DNA from: Selaginella moellendorffii
Taxonomy: Eukaryota > Plantae > Lycopodiophyta
NCBI RefSeq assembly: GCF_000143415.4
Contig: NW_003314394.1
Location: 124,042 to 188,041, forward strand
DNA length: 64,000 bases
Direction of reading: 5' to 3'
Shown here: piece after piece, positions 1 to 14,164 of the stretch
Layout: each line of letters opens with the position of its first letter
How positions within the stretch are numbered: position 1 is the stretch's first letter
Made by a program: the position numbers and the translations under genes
Notes under the pieces: model-generated
The model's database searches: none
What the model saw: only the letters and a program-made list of their open reading frames with translations
Told to the model about the DNA's origin: nothing

Positions 1-106
1 GTTAAATAATTACTTGTCCTTTGCGAGGACATAGCTAATTAATGCTCACAATACAGAAGAATATCTTTGTTCTTTCTTTTCAGTTTCTCCCCAAATTTTT
101 TTCTAA

Positions 107-2838
107 GTGCTCGAGCAAGGAGAAGATATGAGAGAATTCTATTTGAAGTTCGATCAAGAGCCTCCAATTGTTTTTTCTAAGAGTATTATAGGAGAGAGCT
201 TCCTCTGCAGAAGATTCAAGCTGAAACCAGGATCAATTAGTTTGGAGAATGTATGTCGTGATAAGGGTAATCAGATAGAAAAATCCATTCTTCTCGACAG
301 TGGTGTGGGAGAGAATGGGATTCAATGGGATCTTGATCTTGATAGATGTACAGGTCAAGAGATTCTAGTTACAAGATCTCCGAAGCGAGGAGAGGAGAGC
401 GCATCAGTTTCACAGCCAACTATGCAAGGAGTGAAGGATGAAGTTGTTATTCTCTCCAGTGACAAAAATGAAGAAGATGAGCTTCCTAACATAGCTTCCC
501 AGACAAGTAGGTGTGTTCCTTCTGGATTAGTTTTTGAAGTGGTGGATAAGTCATTTTGGCAATCTCAATCATTACGGTTGGAATTGAAGGAGTTCCAGTA
601 TATGAGAGGTGAGGAGCTTCCTTCTTCCTATAATGGGAATATATTCTTCGAGTTTCCACCAGCAAGTTCGTCAAGTAGGAAAAGGGGTATGGAGATGCAT
701 CTTGATCCACATAATTGGTGCAAAGTAAAGACGACCCACTTCTCTCATTTCGATGGATCTGTGTCCATAGTCCATTGTGGTGGACAGCTTCAGTGTGTCG
801 CTGAGAAATGCATTTCTGATCATGGCAAGAATATGTGTTTCTTTGAAGGCTCAGCAATCAATCCCCCTAGGCATGATGAAGTTGCTACAAGATTTAGATG
901 TCGCAAATGTGGGGCAACACCTGTGTGTCAAGCATGTTGCGATGCGAAAATGTATTATTTTCTTCCACGGGATGGATGTTTAGACAGAGCAGTAGTGCAT
1001 GTTGGATACCATCAACATGCAATCGAGGAAAGAATCCACCATGATTCTTTTCGCAATTTGAAAACTGCTGTTACTACAGAGGCTAGGAAGAAAAGTGCAG
1101 CAACTCCAAAGTGTGTTCAACAGTCTATACTAAAGGACTATGTGGTGGACATGTTGCTACAATCTGATAGCAAAAAAGAGTTCATGGAGAATAGCTTGAA
1201 GGACCTACTTCGAAATATAGAACCTATGACAAATTTAAACAGGTATAAAATTAACACTTAACTCTACTTTATCACTAATAATACTTTTTTTTTTTGTAGA
1301 ATAAAGAACTGGATGCGAGAAGGGCGAGATGGAAAGCTTCAATCTGGATTGGATGGGATTTTGGAGCTAAAGAAAAAATGTCCTTATGAGTTTATTCATG
1401 GAAGCTTATTCGTTGACCAAGTGACTTCGAACAATCAACACCCTTTCATCTTTAAGATGTTTACCCTTGGTCCTGCTTCTGGTGTGGACTTTGTACAATG
1501 AATGGATATGGATGGAGATGGGGATTTGGCTAATTCTTGGATCCATTTTGACCATATGGAATGAGTTTCAGGCTGGTCAACAATGGGAGCTCATGTTTAT
1601 GATCACAAGTAAGTGGTTTTTCATTTTTTAAGGATCCATACCGATTTACATTATAACCATTCCTTTTATAGGTTGCAGTGCAATTTGACTATAGCTATAG
1701 CTGAATTCAAGGTTCAAGATTTTCAAGCACAAACCGTCTTTTGGACATGTATATCTGAGGTTGTTGAACAGCGAACCGGGAAGAAACCCAACTTCCGTGG
1801 TTTCATGGCAGATGCAGCTGGTGCTAATTGGTTGGTTGTACGACAAGTATTCGGAGGTGATAAAAGTCAGCCATTACAAGGTAGAGAGAAGAGTTGTGAG
1901 TTTCATTGGGCAAAGGGCGTCAATGAACATTGCCGATGCATCAAGTCTACCTTCCATCACGAGTTCAAGCAGCTTTGTCGGGAATGGATGGATGCACCAA
2001 CTAAAGAGGAGCACAAGGCAAAGGCAAATGAAATGTGCATATGGTGGCGTGAAGGAGACAAAGTGCCAATTGAAAACCTTCCACAAATGGAATGTTGGCT
2101 TGCATGGTGGGAAGTTCGAATGTTTTAGTGGGGTCATTATACTCTCCATGTAAGTTTTCTCTTATTTTCTTTTTTTGTCACATTCAAATGTTGCATTTTT
2201 TGTAGGATCAACCACTTGATGATATTGCACTTACACCAACAATTAATCTCTCTGAGAGCAAACATTGGAGTTGGAGAGCTTCCGAAGCAGGGAAAGGAAA
2301 AATGTCCCTCTATGAAGCTACACTCTCCGACCTCACTAGATCTCTTGAGCAGTCATCAAAAACTTTGGCTGCACAGGAAGCAAGGTTTGCTGGTACAGGT
2401 CCGAACTTAGACAAGCTTCAAGAGCGGGTTGGTAGAAGGACAACACCAGCAGCAAGGTCAATGTCTAAGATGGTGGAGGAAGTTGTTGCTGGAACTCCTA
2501 TGAAATCAAGTTATGAACCACTTGGGGATATGAGAACAGCCCATATGAAGCGTCGACAGACATTTGATGGGTCAAACATCACTCCTTCTAGCTCTCACCG
2601 TCCAGAGTTTGACTACTATTCTGTTCCACGACACCGGAAAAGAACTAAGGAATATGGGGTGGAGGAGGTGCCAGTTGTTACACAAGTAAGTCCAGTGCCA
2701 GAGGTTGAAAAGGTTATTTTTTGTGAGCCAATTTCTCGTATCAACTGGGCAATTTGAAGAGTCAGTGCCAAGAGCAATGCACGTTGCTATGGAATGATTG
2801 GGAGTCGAGGTCAGTGTCTCGCTTTTGTGAGATCAAAA
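107..2838 (+). pseudogene. MULE/Mutator-like DDE transposase gene (copy 1), 4 visible exons, with an N-terminal Cys/His-rich (GCM/WRKY-like) region; disrupted by stops and 3'-truncated
   Basis: GT-AG introns 1243-1299, 1609-1671 and 2150-2205 join the ORF pieces in frame. Motifs WIHFD (D1), FMADAAGANW (D2), CEFHW (CxxH) and PTINLSES (E) match the Mutator-type catalytic core. In-frame stops at ~1499, ~1562, 2126 and 2755; copy 2 has CGA/CAA at the first three. Confidence 0.75.
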
Positions 2839-2839
2839 T

Positions 2840-5450
2840 TTTATGTGCAAATGTCAAGGAGATGTTGGAAAAAGGTGTTATTCGGAAGTTGCAAAGTCCT
2901 TGGGCATGTGAACCTCATTTGGTGACGAAGCCTGATGGGAGTATTCATTTCTACATTGATTATTGTCTGTTAAACAAAGTGACGATCCCGGATGTGTACC
3001 CTTTTCCTCATATTGCTGATCTCTTGGATCGTCTGGGGCGAAGTCGTTGGTTCACCAAGCTGGATCTTGCTTCTGGGTATTAGCAAGTACCGATGGCCAA
3101 AGAAGATATTCCTAAGACTGCTTTTTGTACATTATTTGGTTTGTACAAATTCTTGGTGATGCCGTTTGGTTTGAACAATGCTCCAGCAACTTTCCAATGG
3201 ATGATGGACAAGGTTTTTTGCGATATGCTAGAGGTGATTGCTAACTTCATTGATGATGTCTTAATCCACTCGGAGGGGACGTGGGAGGAGCACGTTTGTG
3301 ATGTTTGTAAAGTATTAGATCGGCTATGTGACGTTGGTTTAAAGCTAAAGTGGTCGAAGTGCATGTTTGGGTCCAAGGACACAACTTATCTTGGGTACCG
3401 TATTTCTCGTAAGGGTTTACAAGTTGATCTTGACAAACTTGTAGTTGTTCTAAAATTCCCTACTCCAAAGTGTGTGAATGATATGCAGTGCTTCTTGGGC
3501 AAGGTGCAGTATCTCAGTCATTTTGTGGATCATCTTTTTGATTGCACTGCACCGTTGTGAGTGTTGCTGAAGTCACCAACGTCATCTTTCATCTAGTTTC
3601 TGGATTGTGAGCAGGCGTTCATGGATCTCAAAGAGCTATTAATAACTCCTCCGATTTTGGCATATCTCGATTACACTCAACTTTTTATTTTGCACGTAGA
3701 TGCTTCTGATATTGGTCTTGGAGGTGTGTTGATGCAAGAGAGCCTAAATGTGCCTGGTCAGCACCATCCCATTGCATATATAAGCCGTACATTATAACCA
3801 GTGGAGGTGAACTACTCCATGACAGAGAAGGAGTGTTTAGTAGCAGTTTGGGTTTCGAGAAACTTCATGCATATCTACGCGGTTCTCAGACATTACTACC
3901 ATGCTGCTGTTACTTCATTATTGAAGCGAAAGAACTTGGTTGGTCGTATTGCTTGATGGGCTTTGAAGCTTTAGATATATAATTTTGATGTTATTCATCA
4001 CCTAGGGAGTTTTATAGCTAATGCTGATACTTTTTCTTGAGCTCCTCTTCCTTCTCCACTCTCTTCTCATATTTCTGACGAGCCTGTTGTTCTAGCATCT
4101 GTGGATTTTTTAAACGAGGATTTTGTGCTGTTAACAGTTGTTGTACTTTATATTCAGTGTCCACAAGGTGTACAACAAGATTTACATTCTCTTGATGAGG
4201 TTCGCAAGGCTTAAAAGATTTAGCCGTGGATTCGAAGGCTTCGAGATGGGTTTGAGAATCCTACATCACTTGCTAATGACTTACCTTTTTGGCATTTACA
4301 TTCTTAATATCACCTTGAAAACGGCCTTCTTTATTTTGTGAGGATGGATCCTAATAATCATTTATGGTTGGTGGTGCCTTTTGTCTTTATTCCGCAATTT
4401 CTCTATGCCTACCATGATTCTCTTGTTCTAGGTGGACATATAAGACATCGTCGTGTAACTGAAAAGCTGTGCAAGTCTTTCTATTGGCCAGAGATGCAAC
4501 ATGATATTATTCGGTATATGCAGGGCTGCATTTGGTGCCAAGCTCGTAATACTCCCCCTCGTGCTGCAGAAGGATGGTTGGAGTCAATTATAGTTTCTTG
4601 TGTGTTTGAGTTTGTGGCATTTGATATTATGGGACCTTTTCAGCTGCTGGCAATGAGTATGTTATTATTGCTTCTGACTACTTGACTTATTGGGTCGAAG
4701 TTGGTGCTCTTACTAGCGCCTCTGCAACTGCTATTGGATACTTCCTCCTTAATCAAGTGGTGTTCTAGCATTCTTGTCCAGAGTGGATTCTTTCGGATAA
4801 TGGTCCCACATTCATGGCTGAGGCATTTCATGTTTTGACGTCTCGGTTGGGGATACGCCACACTTTCACGAATGTTTATTATCCATAATCAGACAGTCTG
4901 GTGGAATGGCTCATTTGGATGTTCAAAAGGATGGTTGTGAAGTATGTGAACTTTCAGCATTCGGATTGGGATGGTTATTTGCCGTCTCTTCGGTATACAT
5001 ATGTCACAGGGGTGCAGAGTTTTGTTGTTGCTTCACCATATACACTCCTATATGGTCATGATCCAATATTACCAACGGAGCTGGGTTTACCTTCATGATT
5101 GCCACAAGCTACTGATGCTAGGTTATGGCATCAGTATTTGACGAGCACTCTTCCACTTGTCGAGCAGAGTCTGCCAAACACTTAGGCCGCATACAAGTGG
5201 GACAACAATGGCAGTACAAATCCCATCATCATCCACCTGCGAAATACAAAGTGGATGACTTGGTGTTAGTTTGTTTTCCCATCTTACAGTACATGATTTA
5301 TCTAAGGGGCTCCTTTCTTAGTGGAAAGGACTGTATCAGGTGTTGCGGCAAGTTAGACCACAAGTTTATGAGGTTCGGCATAATGTCCAACAGGCCGGTC
5401 CTCTAGAGATTTTGCATGTGCAACAGTTAAAATGCTTTGTACAAAGGGAT
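2840..5450 (+). pseudogene. Ty3/Gypsy pol remnant (RT, RNase H, integrase)
   Basis: RT motifs KLDLASGY, KTAF, VMPFGLNNAPATFQ and FIDD. RNase H VDASDIGLGGVL and YSMTEKECL. Integrase zinc finger H..GGH...C..C and core DIMGP / SDNGPTF. Many stops and frameshifts. Confidence 0.92.
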
Positions 5451-5554
5451 TAGGAGTAGTTAATACCACCTACAGATCCACTAGTGCCTCCCCCTAATGT
5501 TCCTCCAAATCCCGACCCATCTACAAGAGAACCCTGATGGTCTTCCATTATTCC

Positions 5555-5732
5555 GAGAGGAGGGAATGATGTAAGGGCTAAGTGTACAACTACGATATCG
5601 ATACTAATATTAGCATAGTGGGATTTTGGTAACCGTCAGATTGGTTTTAATCCGGACTACTTGCTCCTATATATAAGCTAGGGTTTTTGGGCTAATTGAT
5701 ATGCAAAAAACTAGCTCTAAATTTTTCTTACA
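5555..5732 (+). mobile_element. Polypurine tract plus short 3' LTR (about 5570-5732, TG...CA) of the Gypsy element
   Basis: gagaggagggaatga is immediately followed by TGTAAGGGC. A similar sequence starts at 52891. The LTR end is placed tentatively at ttcttaca (5732). Confidence 0.65.
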
Positions 5733-7517
5733 TGCTTGTCTTTGTTTAGACAATTCAAACTTTTTCTTGGAGGAGACTAACAATAAATTAAAAATGAATA
5801 GGCAAAATATGATCAACAATAAATATGAAGTGAGAAATGTTGAATGAAATATTTAGCTCTTATAAAGTGAAATGGAAAAATATATTATAATGAAGTGATG
5901 TTAGGTTTATAGAGCATAATGAGTTCAACTAAAATTAGTGCTTTAGAATTTATCTAGGAGGATATGAAGGACAACCAAAGAGTCTGATATTATAAATTGT
6001 AAAATGTTGGACAACGTAGCAGAACATTCTCTTGGAAGTCATCTTGCACAGTTAGCATGGAGTTAGGCTAAAATATTTTGAGATAAAGCATGAGAGCATG
6101 TCTTCATTGTGGAGGAGGGTGTTTTACCCTGTTAACAAATAATGAACTAAGTGACAAGCTTTTTCTTAGAGTTTCTTTGTTCTTTCTTGTTTATCAAGGC
6201 TCATGTTCATTTGATGTTAATCACACTTTGGGATGATTAAGCTTTTAGTTATGATGACTCCATTTAAATTTGTAGTTAGATTTCTCTAATGGTTTAGGTG
6301 CTTATCATGGGATGGGAAGTGGATATAAATCATTATAAATTGCAGGGAATAAATAAAATAAAATAATATCACTTTCATCAACTCTTTTTTTAGTTAGAGT
6401 GACATAAGGTGCATTATAAGGATGTTAGTGTGGTAATTCATCTCTTTGAAAGTCATATCAGCTTGGTAAAAGAAGAATTTACTATAAATCTTTCAATCTG
6501 TTTTTAGATGTTTATTTAGCTTATGTACTACAATATACCTAAGATATCATTTAAGTATCATCAGGTATAAAGAATTTGTATATTCTTCATGTTCCCTCAG
6601 CTTAGCCAAGCATATTTGGCGTGGCTTGTTAAGTCCTTTTTGCTTTATTTTGCACTAGCTTAACAAGAACCCTCCCTTAAAATTGTTATATAATATTTTA
6701 TCATATCTACCATAGACACTTATTATCATGCCTCATGTATTGGTCCCATTAATTATTTATAAAATGTTTCTAGATCTATTAACTATATATATCTATGGCA
6801 TATAAAGATTGACCTGAACACAAGGTTCTCAATCTAGCACTAATCTATATTTAGTAAAATTTCAAATTTGTCCTAGAGAATATCTTTTATGACTAAGTTG
6901 AAAGCCAAAAATGCCCAAATTGAACTTTCATATAGGGGGTGGGGGTGAGGGGAGGACAATGTTCAAAAAATATATAATTCATAGATATACTTAATTGATA
7001 GATTTAGACACTTTCTATAAATAGCTGATTGGACCAAGATATAATCAATACCAAGAGCCATAATAGTGAGAGTGTCCATAGAAACTCTTTACAAAAAAGT
7101 GTTATTTTATGGAACTAAACTACTATATAAATACCTCACTATAACCATAGAAATTAAGGTATTAAAGAAATCCAACATAATTACTTTGTTAAACTCTTCT
7201 AACAAAATAATTTGCTCTCCATACCACACATTTGACTCAAATGTGCCCATCTTGCTCTTGTTATAGCTTCTCTATTGAATTGCTAGAAGATAGAATATTT
7301 TGATATTGAAGAGCTTGCTATTACCAAAAATCCATTTGTGAGACTTTACTTTTGCCATTGGATTTGGTGTGAAATAAAATTTCCTTGCTAAAATGATTTT
7401 TATAATAGTAACCCAAAGCAATTGATGAAAAGGTAAATATTTTATCTTGTGTATCTTCCCAAGTAGAGCAAAAGAAGGAAGCTTAAGAAAAATAGAGTTA
7501 TGCCTAAGCTTAGGCAT

Positions 7518-7867
7518 TGTCGTGAATATGACTTCGGGTATCGAAAGTTACCTGTCGGCCAGTCTTTACAAACACTCTTTCCTTACTGCCATGACGGCAG
7601 GAGGTCAGTACTGCTAGTTCCCTTTATTGGCCCCTCTTGTCCAAGTGTTAGTAAACTGGACTTAGCATCTGTACTTGGCTAGATGAGCATAAAGATGAAA
7701 TTCCTAAGTGTCTATTTAGCCAAGCATACTTAGCTCGGCTTTTTAGTTCTCTTTTGCTCTGTCTTGCATTGGCTTCGCAGGAACCCTCGCGTATTGAGAC
7801 TAGTCCCTCAATATCACTGGATGATAGCTTACTACGTCTACCAAACACCCTCGCTATCATACCCTTT
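7518..7867 (+). repeat. 5' LTR, left part
   Basis: tgtcgtgaatatgacttcgggtatcgaaag aligns with the LTR start at 27175 and runs to ...ctatcatacccttt. Confidence 0.9.
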
Positions 7868-7888
7868 AAGCTCTATTTCGTTAAAGTG
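7868..7888 (+). repeat. Left TIR of the Sola-like element
   Basis: aagctctatttcgttaaagtg, exact reverse complement of 20206-20226. Confidence 0.92.
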
Positions 7889-8556
7889 TGATTTATTCAG
7901 TAAAATGGGACTAGGTACAAATTTTCAAGTATTTGAAAATGACGTGAAATTATATGTTTTTTGTCCAGGGGCTAGACATTTCTGGGGCATGGTGACTAGC
8001 GCGGTGACTTTGTGTCCAGACTGAGTCCATCTGGTTGTATAATAAATCTCATTGTCAAGGTGAACAAGCCGAATCTGAAGCTAAAGAAAAGCGATGGCAT
8101 GCGCGCACACACTATTTGTTTGTTCATTGAGCGTGTGGTGAGCTTTCCAAGATGAACGTCATTCCTATTAGCCAGACATATAACTTAATGGTGAGAACAT
8201 TTAGATATTATTCAATGTTATCTTTTTCTAACGAATCTAATTGTGAAGGTGTAGCAAGAGGCATTGCTAGTCTGGAAAAGTCATTTAACTCATTTGACCC
8301 TTAGTGTATTTTCATGAAACTAAATAACATTCATATTATTAAGGAATTTCTCTAGTACCTTTTTTTTACGACATAGAGGCTTGCATTTCTTTCAAAGGTG
8401 ATTTAGTAAAAGGCCTGAGGGCACATGCCATTCTATTTCTCAGACCGGTATTAAGATATACTAGTGCAAAGGGCCACATGCCATCACGCCTCCTCTGATT
8501 CAAATTCAGATTGTTCACCTTGAAATAAAATACATTAGAAACTTAGTAAAGGAATA

Positions 8557-11500
8557 TTAATGAATCTCACCTTGAACCCGGGTTATGAATGCTCTTGCTG
8601 CATCTCTTGCATGGTCTGGCAAGGTGATGGTGGCACTCTGCTTCCGCATCCAACCATGCACAACATTATCCACCGATATGCTCATGCTGGGATCCCTTGG
8701 ATTCAGCACCCATCTCTTTTCTAGGCAATCCTTCGTATATCCGGAACTTGGCTTGAACCACTCCACAGTTACATTGAAGGAGTTAGTTTCCGCGTCCTCC
8801 TCTACATCAGTGATGCAGCGCCCCACCCATATCATTTGTTTTTTATTACTGGGTCTGACAAGCACGACCATTCCTTTGCAGACCTGTACTGGATTGAATG
8901 CTGAATCCGGCTTCTTGTTCCTTGGCCCACAATAATGATCCTCAACATCGTTATCTATCACTGCATTTCCAGAGGACATTGTTCCGCTACTATCTGGTGC
9001 TCTGGGTTCTGGCCAAAAGGACTCTTCCAATTCTTCATATACAACCGGCCCATTTTGGATAGCAGATATAATCTTCTCCCAGTATTCGAGCAAAGGCTTG
9101 CACCTCTTAAAATAGGATTCTCCACCAAACACCAACCCCCTCTTCCAGAAGGCAATATGCTGTCTAATCCCGGCCACTATACTTTCCTGGTCTTTGAGTC
9201 CATCCGGGTGCATCGGCCGTGGGAACCCTGAGGAATCATAGGTTCCCCAGTTATGGGATCTCTCTTGAAGAGTTCAATGCCATCCACTGGCAGCCACACT
9301 GTGTCCCATTCTCTCATCTTGTACCTCATCACTGGAGCACCGTCACGCATGCTGAAATGAAACTGAAGAGGCTTGGAGTGGCCAATCAGCGTTTCGGATC
9401 CGTCCCTGATGTAGCCTCTTACAAACCCCTTAAAGTCTGGAACCTCTGTCACAAGTGCAGCTTCAACAGTGCCTTTGATGCAATTTTGGAATTCATCGTA
9501 GAGTTGTGGGAGGGTGAGGACATTGGATCACCGGAGGGACTCTGCCAGGTGACTGAACATGGCATCGACGTCTTCATGAGTGTGCCCAACCATGAGAAAG
9601 CCAAGTGTAACCATTTCAAATATGCCTTTGGCAACAAGCATCGCCAAGTACGCGAAGACGTACATGTTTTTGTTCTCACTGCCAGCATTGTCTGTTTGGA
9701 GTAGAAGATGGGGTGGAAGGCCACATCGGCCGCAAGAACTTCCTTGAGATTCTGCTTTGTTTGGATGAGGCTGTGCATTCACCGGGCGACCAACCTCGTC
9801 GGAATGGCATGAGGCCTCACGTGATAACCCTACAATCTGACGGCCAACATATTCACTGGGATGGCATGGGGCCCCACGCGATACTGCAAGCCTTTGCTCC
9901 TCCTCCAGCTGAACCCTATATGAGGTTCGATCGACAAGGGCCTTATGCAAGGGTTGGCCGTTCAGCTCAGTCTGCGCACTTTGCAGAGACCTTAAGTGTT
10001 TTGCTAGGGACGTAATCATCATGTTTGCACCCCCGCCACCCCATAGAGGTACAAAGAAGTTCCCATAGTTTTGGGCACCATGCCCATGAGTGATTATGCC
10101 AAACAGAGACATAGGCAGCTGCATGGATGAAGAGATTGCCTTGGGGGCAGGATTGAGTCGAGGTAAGCACATCTTTTTCTGGTCCATTTTGTCGTGGATG
10201 ATGCAGAGGTAAGAGTTAGGTCTCTCCATGGAGAGAATCCTGTTATGATAATATGCAGTCCTGCAGCTTCTCTGCTCGATGTTGTGGTCGAGCCGCCTTC
10301 TAACCAACGTCTCTCGCTCTTGAGCGCTGCAAGAATTCTTCGACAAAGCCATTTTGATAGCAGTGCACTCGTCACACTTTGAAAAGCTGGAGTACTTTCC
10401 TATACTCACATCCCTGAACCTGTTGCTCCACAATCTACTAAATCTAGATTGGCTCAGCTTCCTGTAGCCATTACTCTGGAGTTCCCGATTCACATCTTCC
10501 AATATGGCCCCCTTGGTATACATGGAAGGGAGAACTCGTTGGGTGTCTCGTGTTCCATCTTCCAAGAGGCGGGTTTTATGTGGTTGCTGCTCGCTACATG
10601 TCTCGACAAACCTCTTGAAGATTGCCTCTCCATATACAACATGACCCCTGGTTTTGTGCGTACTGTCGTTCCCATGGACTGCCTGTTGAACCCTTTGTTC
10701 CTCGAACTCAGTTTTGATTCTGTAGAATGTGCTTCGAGGGACTCCATAAATGATTCTCCATGCCTTCATGCAGACCAAACCCCTCTGGAAGACCATGCCC
10801 CCCACCTGATGTTCTGAAGCATCAACAGATGACCGTAATGCCTCATACACAAAATTGCGAGCTGCCTTCCAGGACAATGTCTTGTATCTTGCTCTCTCCT
10901 CTTCAATAGCATCCCAATCAGCATGTTGACAGCACCTCCTCTTGCAACAAGCAACTGTCGAGACCATTCGAACCTCCATCGCCATTTTCTGCCTTTTCGG
11001 TTCGTTGCTCAGATCCCTTTGGCTGCACTGTAGGAAGGTGTACTTTCTTTTCCCATGAAGAGATGTTCTGTCATCAGTTGTAGTGGTGTTTGATTGTGAA
11101 TCCTTCACATTCTCAAACACTAAATGCCTCAATTTCCACCGCATAATGCTTCCAATAGTCAGACTGTTTTCTTCTGTGTCAACAACCTCTAAAATCGCAA
11201 CTCCAATATCATCCCAGCCCAATTCTTGATTAGCAACTGCATCTCTTGGATCGACAACTGTGGCTAAGCCCTCAGCTACCACCTCCCCCTCGGGGTTGTT
11301 TAGAAACACCTTTGCCTGAATCCATGTAGCACGGTTCTTAAGATCCACGGAGGGAACATGCGTCGCACTTGCGCTGTCCCCAACATCTGCTTTCTTCTGC
11401 AGATTTTTCAAGGCAACAACAACATTTACCCCGACGACCATCTCTCCTCGTTCAATAGCAACCACATTCCCATCGAAGACAGTCTCTACTGATACAGCAG

Positions 11501-11624
11501 CATTGCCTTCCCCAAACCTTTGACAGTGTATAACAAAGTTCAGATCTATAGACACAAGGGTCCCTTTTGCAACTCTCTTCCCACCATTCAAAATGTAAAC
11601 CTTTTCCCCAACCCTGAAGGCCAT
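8557..11624 (-). pseudogene. Sola-type DDD transposase (~1020 aa if repaired)
   Basis: Motifs FSKCDEC, CIIHDKMDQ, LQTDNAGSENKN and FLMVGHTHEDVDAMFS. ORFs 9528-11624 and 9177-9452 are in one frame, separated by a single TGA (9528-9530). A 1-bp frameshift near 9225 leads into ORF 8557-9213. Confidence 0.8.
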
Positions 11625-11980
11625 TCTGAAAGTGCAGAAAAGAAGTTAAGACCATACAAAAAATGATTGGAGAATGGCCTAAATCATAACATACCAAATA
11701 GCATGAGGCCACATGCCATTATTCAAACATGCTATTGACACCCACGTGAAATTTCGCATTCACAAAATTGGCATGAGCCCTCATGCCATCTTGATATACA
11801 CACAGCTGCAAGCAAGTAAAAACATACATGACAATACGCTAGCCATGAAATTGCAAGGGCCCAAGATGGCATGTGGCCTCATGCCATTTCTAAATGTGGT
11901 CCTAAACCATTCCATGGTGAACATACCAGGAAGCACAAGTGCCGAATATCAAGAGGAAGCGGTAGCCACACCAAAGACAG

Positions 11981-12050
11981 TGCCGCTCGCAACACCGCAA
12001 CTACTCGTAGCGCCGCTCGCAACACCGCAACTGCTCGTAGCGCCGCTCAC
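11981..12050. repeat. 30-bp CpG-rich tandem repeat upstream of the transposase
   Basis: (c/t)gccgctcgcaacaccgcaact(a/g)ctcgtag, about 2.3 copies; mirrored at ~42470-42540. Confidence 0.8.
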
Positions 12051-12909
12051 ACAAACTGCCACTCGCATAAACTGCCGCTCGCAATGGCGCTCGCAATGCC
12101 GCAACCGCTTGTAGACGCATAAACCACAGCTCACAACGCCGCTTACACAAGCAGCGCTCACTGCGCTCAGCGGAACCAAGAACACGGCGCACAAAAATGA
12201 TAGACCTAGGAATGAGTTCGAGAATTCAAAAATAACACACGCTTGAACGTCACATCAAATCCTCTGACAAACAGATCTTATGATTCCTCTGACAAATTTC
12301 AAACTGAGTAGCTTCTAGACTTTGCTGTCGGAGGTTGAACTTTGTCACATCATGTCCTTGCCTCGATCCAGCTATGCCATGTCAGTGATTCGAACTTTGC
12401 CATGCCATGTCAGCGATCCGTGCCAAGATTATTCGCCGTGTAAAGGAATAATTATGCTGTGTGTGTACGTCCATTTATGGCAATATAAGGCCACACGCCA
12501 TTCAAAGAATAATGCTAGTCAAGCATTTTTTGGTGCATTTTTGGGTTCAAAATTGCATGAGCCCACACGCTATAAAGTTTACCTGTACCAAAAATAGAAA
12601 CAGCTTTATTTACTTGGGAATTTAAGTGGTTGAGGCATTTTTAAACTTACAAACACATGCCCTACTTACATTCCTTTGGTTGCTTAAAATTCAAAAATAT
12701 TATAAACCTTTCTTTTTGCATTTTCAATGTTTTCAATTATGGTTTTTGATTTTCGCAGGACCAGCCTAGTAATCTATTTGCATCCCATCATGTTTATAGC
12801 TAACTTTCGTTTGTCCCCTTCGCTAGCCTGAGATACATCTGCTCGGCATCTGCCTCTTACAGCATTTGCCCAGAAAGGGCATCTTTCTTCACGCAGCATT
12901 TGCCACATG

Positions 12910-12934
12910 TTTAGGGTTAGGGTTTAGGGTTTAG
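12910..12934 (+). repeat. Interstitial plant telomeric / telobox repeats inside the Sola-like element
   Basis: tttagggttagggtttagggtttag; copy 2 has ctaaaccctaaaccctaaaccctaaac at 41584-41610. Confidence 0.8.
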
Positions 12935-14164
12935 CAATTTAGTAGCTTGATAAACATGCAAATACAGAACTTGATGCAAAATCCTTTGATATGTCACAAT
13001 GCCCCTAGGACCATAAACACATTTCAATAAAGAGGGTCCTTTTATTTCATAACTCCTTACGTAGATCTTGGTGAAACCAGAGTTAGTGAAGTTGGTTTCT
13101 TGTGATCCCGCATCTGATTGTGATGTCCCTTTGCAGTGTCGATGGAAAGGTCAATGCACACCAAACTGTAGAATCTTGGAGCAAAATAACAATCGGATCT
13201 ATGGCAAATGCCCCTGAAACATTGTAAGGCTCGTGTGGTCTCATGTGGTGTCCGATCGAGATGCTTCTTTGCAGGGTCATCAAGAAGGACATTGTATACC
13301 ATTCTGTAAAATCTAGTTGCGATCTAACGGTTGGATCTCCAGGAAACTCAAAACAATCTGGCGCGTGTCAGAATATTCTAGGAATATACTCCTATGTGCT
13401 CCTGAAAATGGCATGCGGCCCCACGCCATTCAAGAGATAACGCCAAATGACGCCGAGCATTTTTTGGTGCATTTTTTGGGATCAAAATTGCATGAGCCCA
13501 CACGCTTGAACGTCACATCAAATCCTCTGACAATTTATTTAGCTGAACATCTGGCATTTTTGGAAATACAAGATGCTTTGGAATATCCAATCATACATGG
13601 TATAAATATAGCGAGGGTATTAAATGATATCCCAATCATGATCTTTCTTTTGGATTTCGCGTGCATGCAGTCCGAGGAATGATGACGTTGCGGATTTCTT
13701 TTGGATTTCACGCATGCGCGCGCCGATCCAGAAATTAATGGTGGCGCCCAAGTCCGAAGAATGATGACGTGGCGGGATTACCAACCGTCGTGACATTTCG
13801 CGCGTGTGAGGTTAGGTTTTGCATTTTGCTTCGTACTCGCGCTCGCACACTCGCGCTCGCATCACGCTCCCACTTCTCTACAGGTTTCTCGTGTGCATCG
13901 GCGTCCACTCGCGCTTGCATCACACTCGCGCTCGCATCGCGCTCGTGTGCATCGGCGTCCACTTCAAGACACACCCAATTTGTAACTTCGCTGCCAACTC
14001 CGCCGCCCACTCCACCACCCACACGCAGCCCACTTGGCGTCCTGGGAGATTTCAGCGCCACTCTCCAACTGTAAGTGGCAGAGTAGCCTTGCTGCTACGA
14101 TCCGCTGCACACATAGTGCACATTCGCCAGCGAGTCTGGTTGTCACGCCTCCATTCGGCTTCAA

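Noticed and set aside
12910-12934. Chromosome end or healed break
   Set aside because: Only about 3.5 units, present at the same place in both transposon copies, so it is part of the element.
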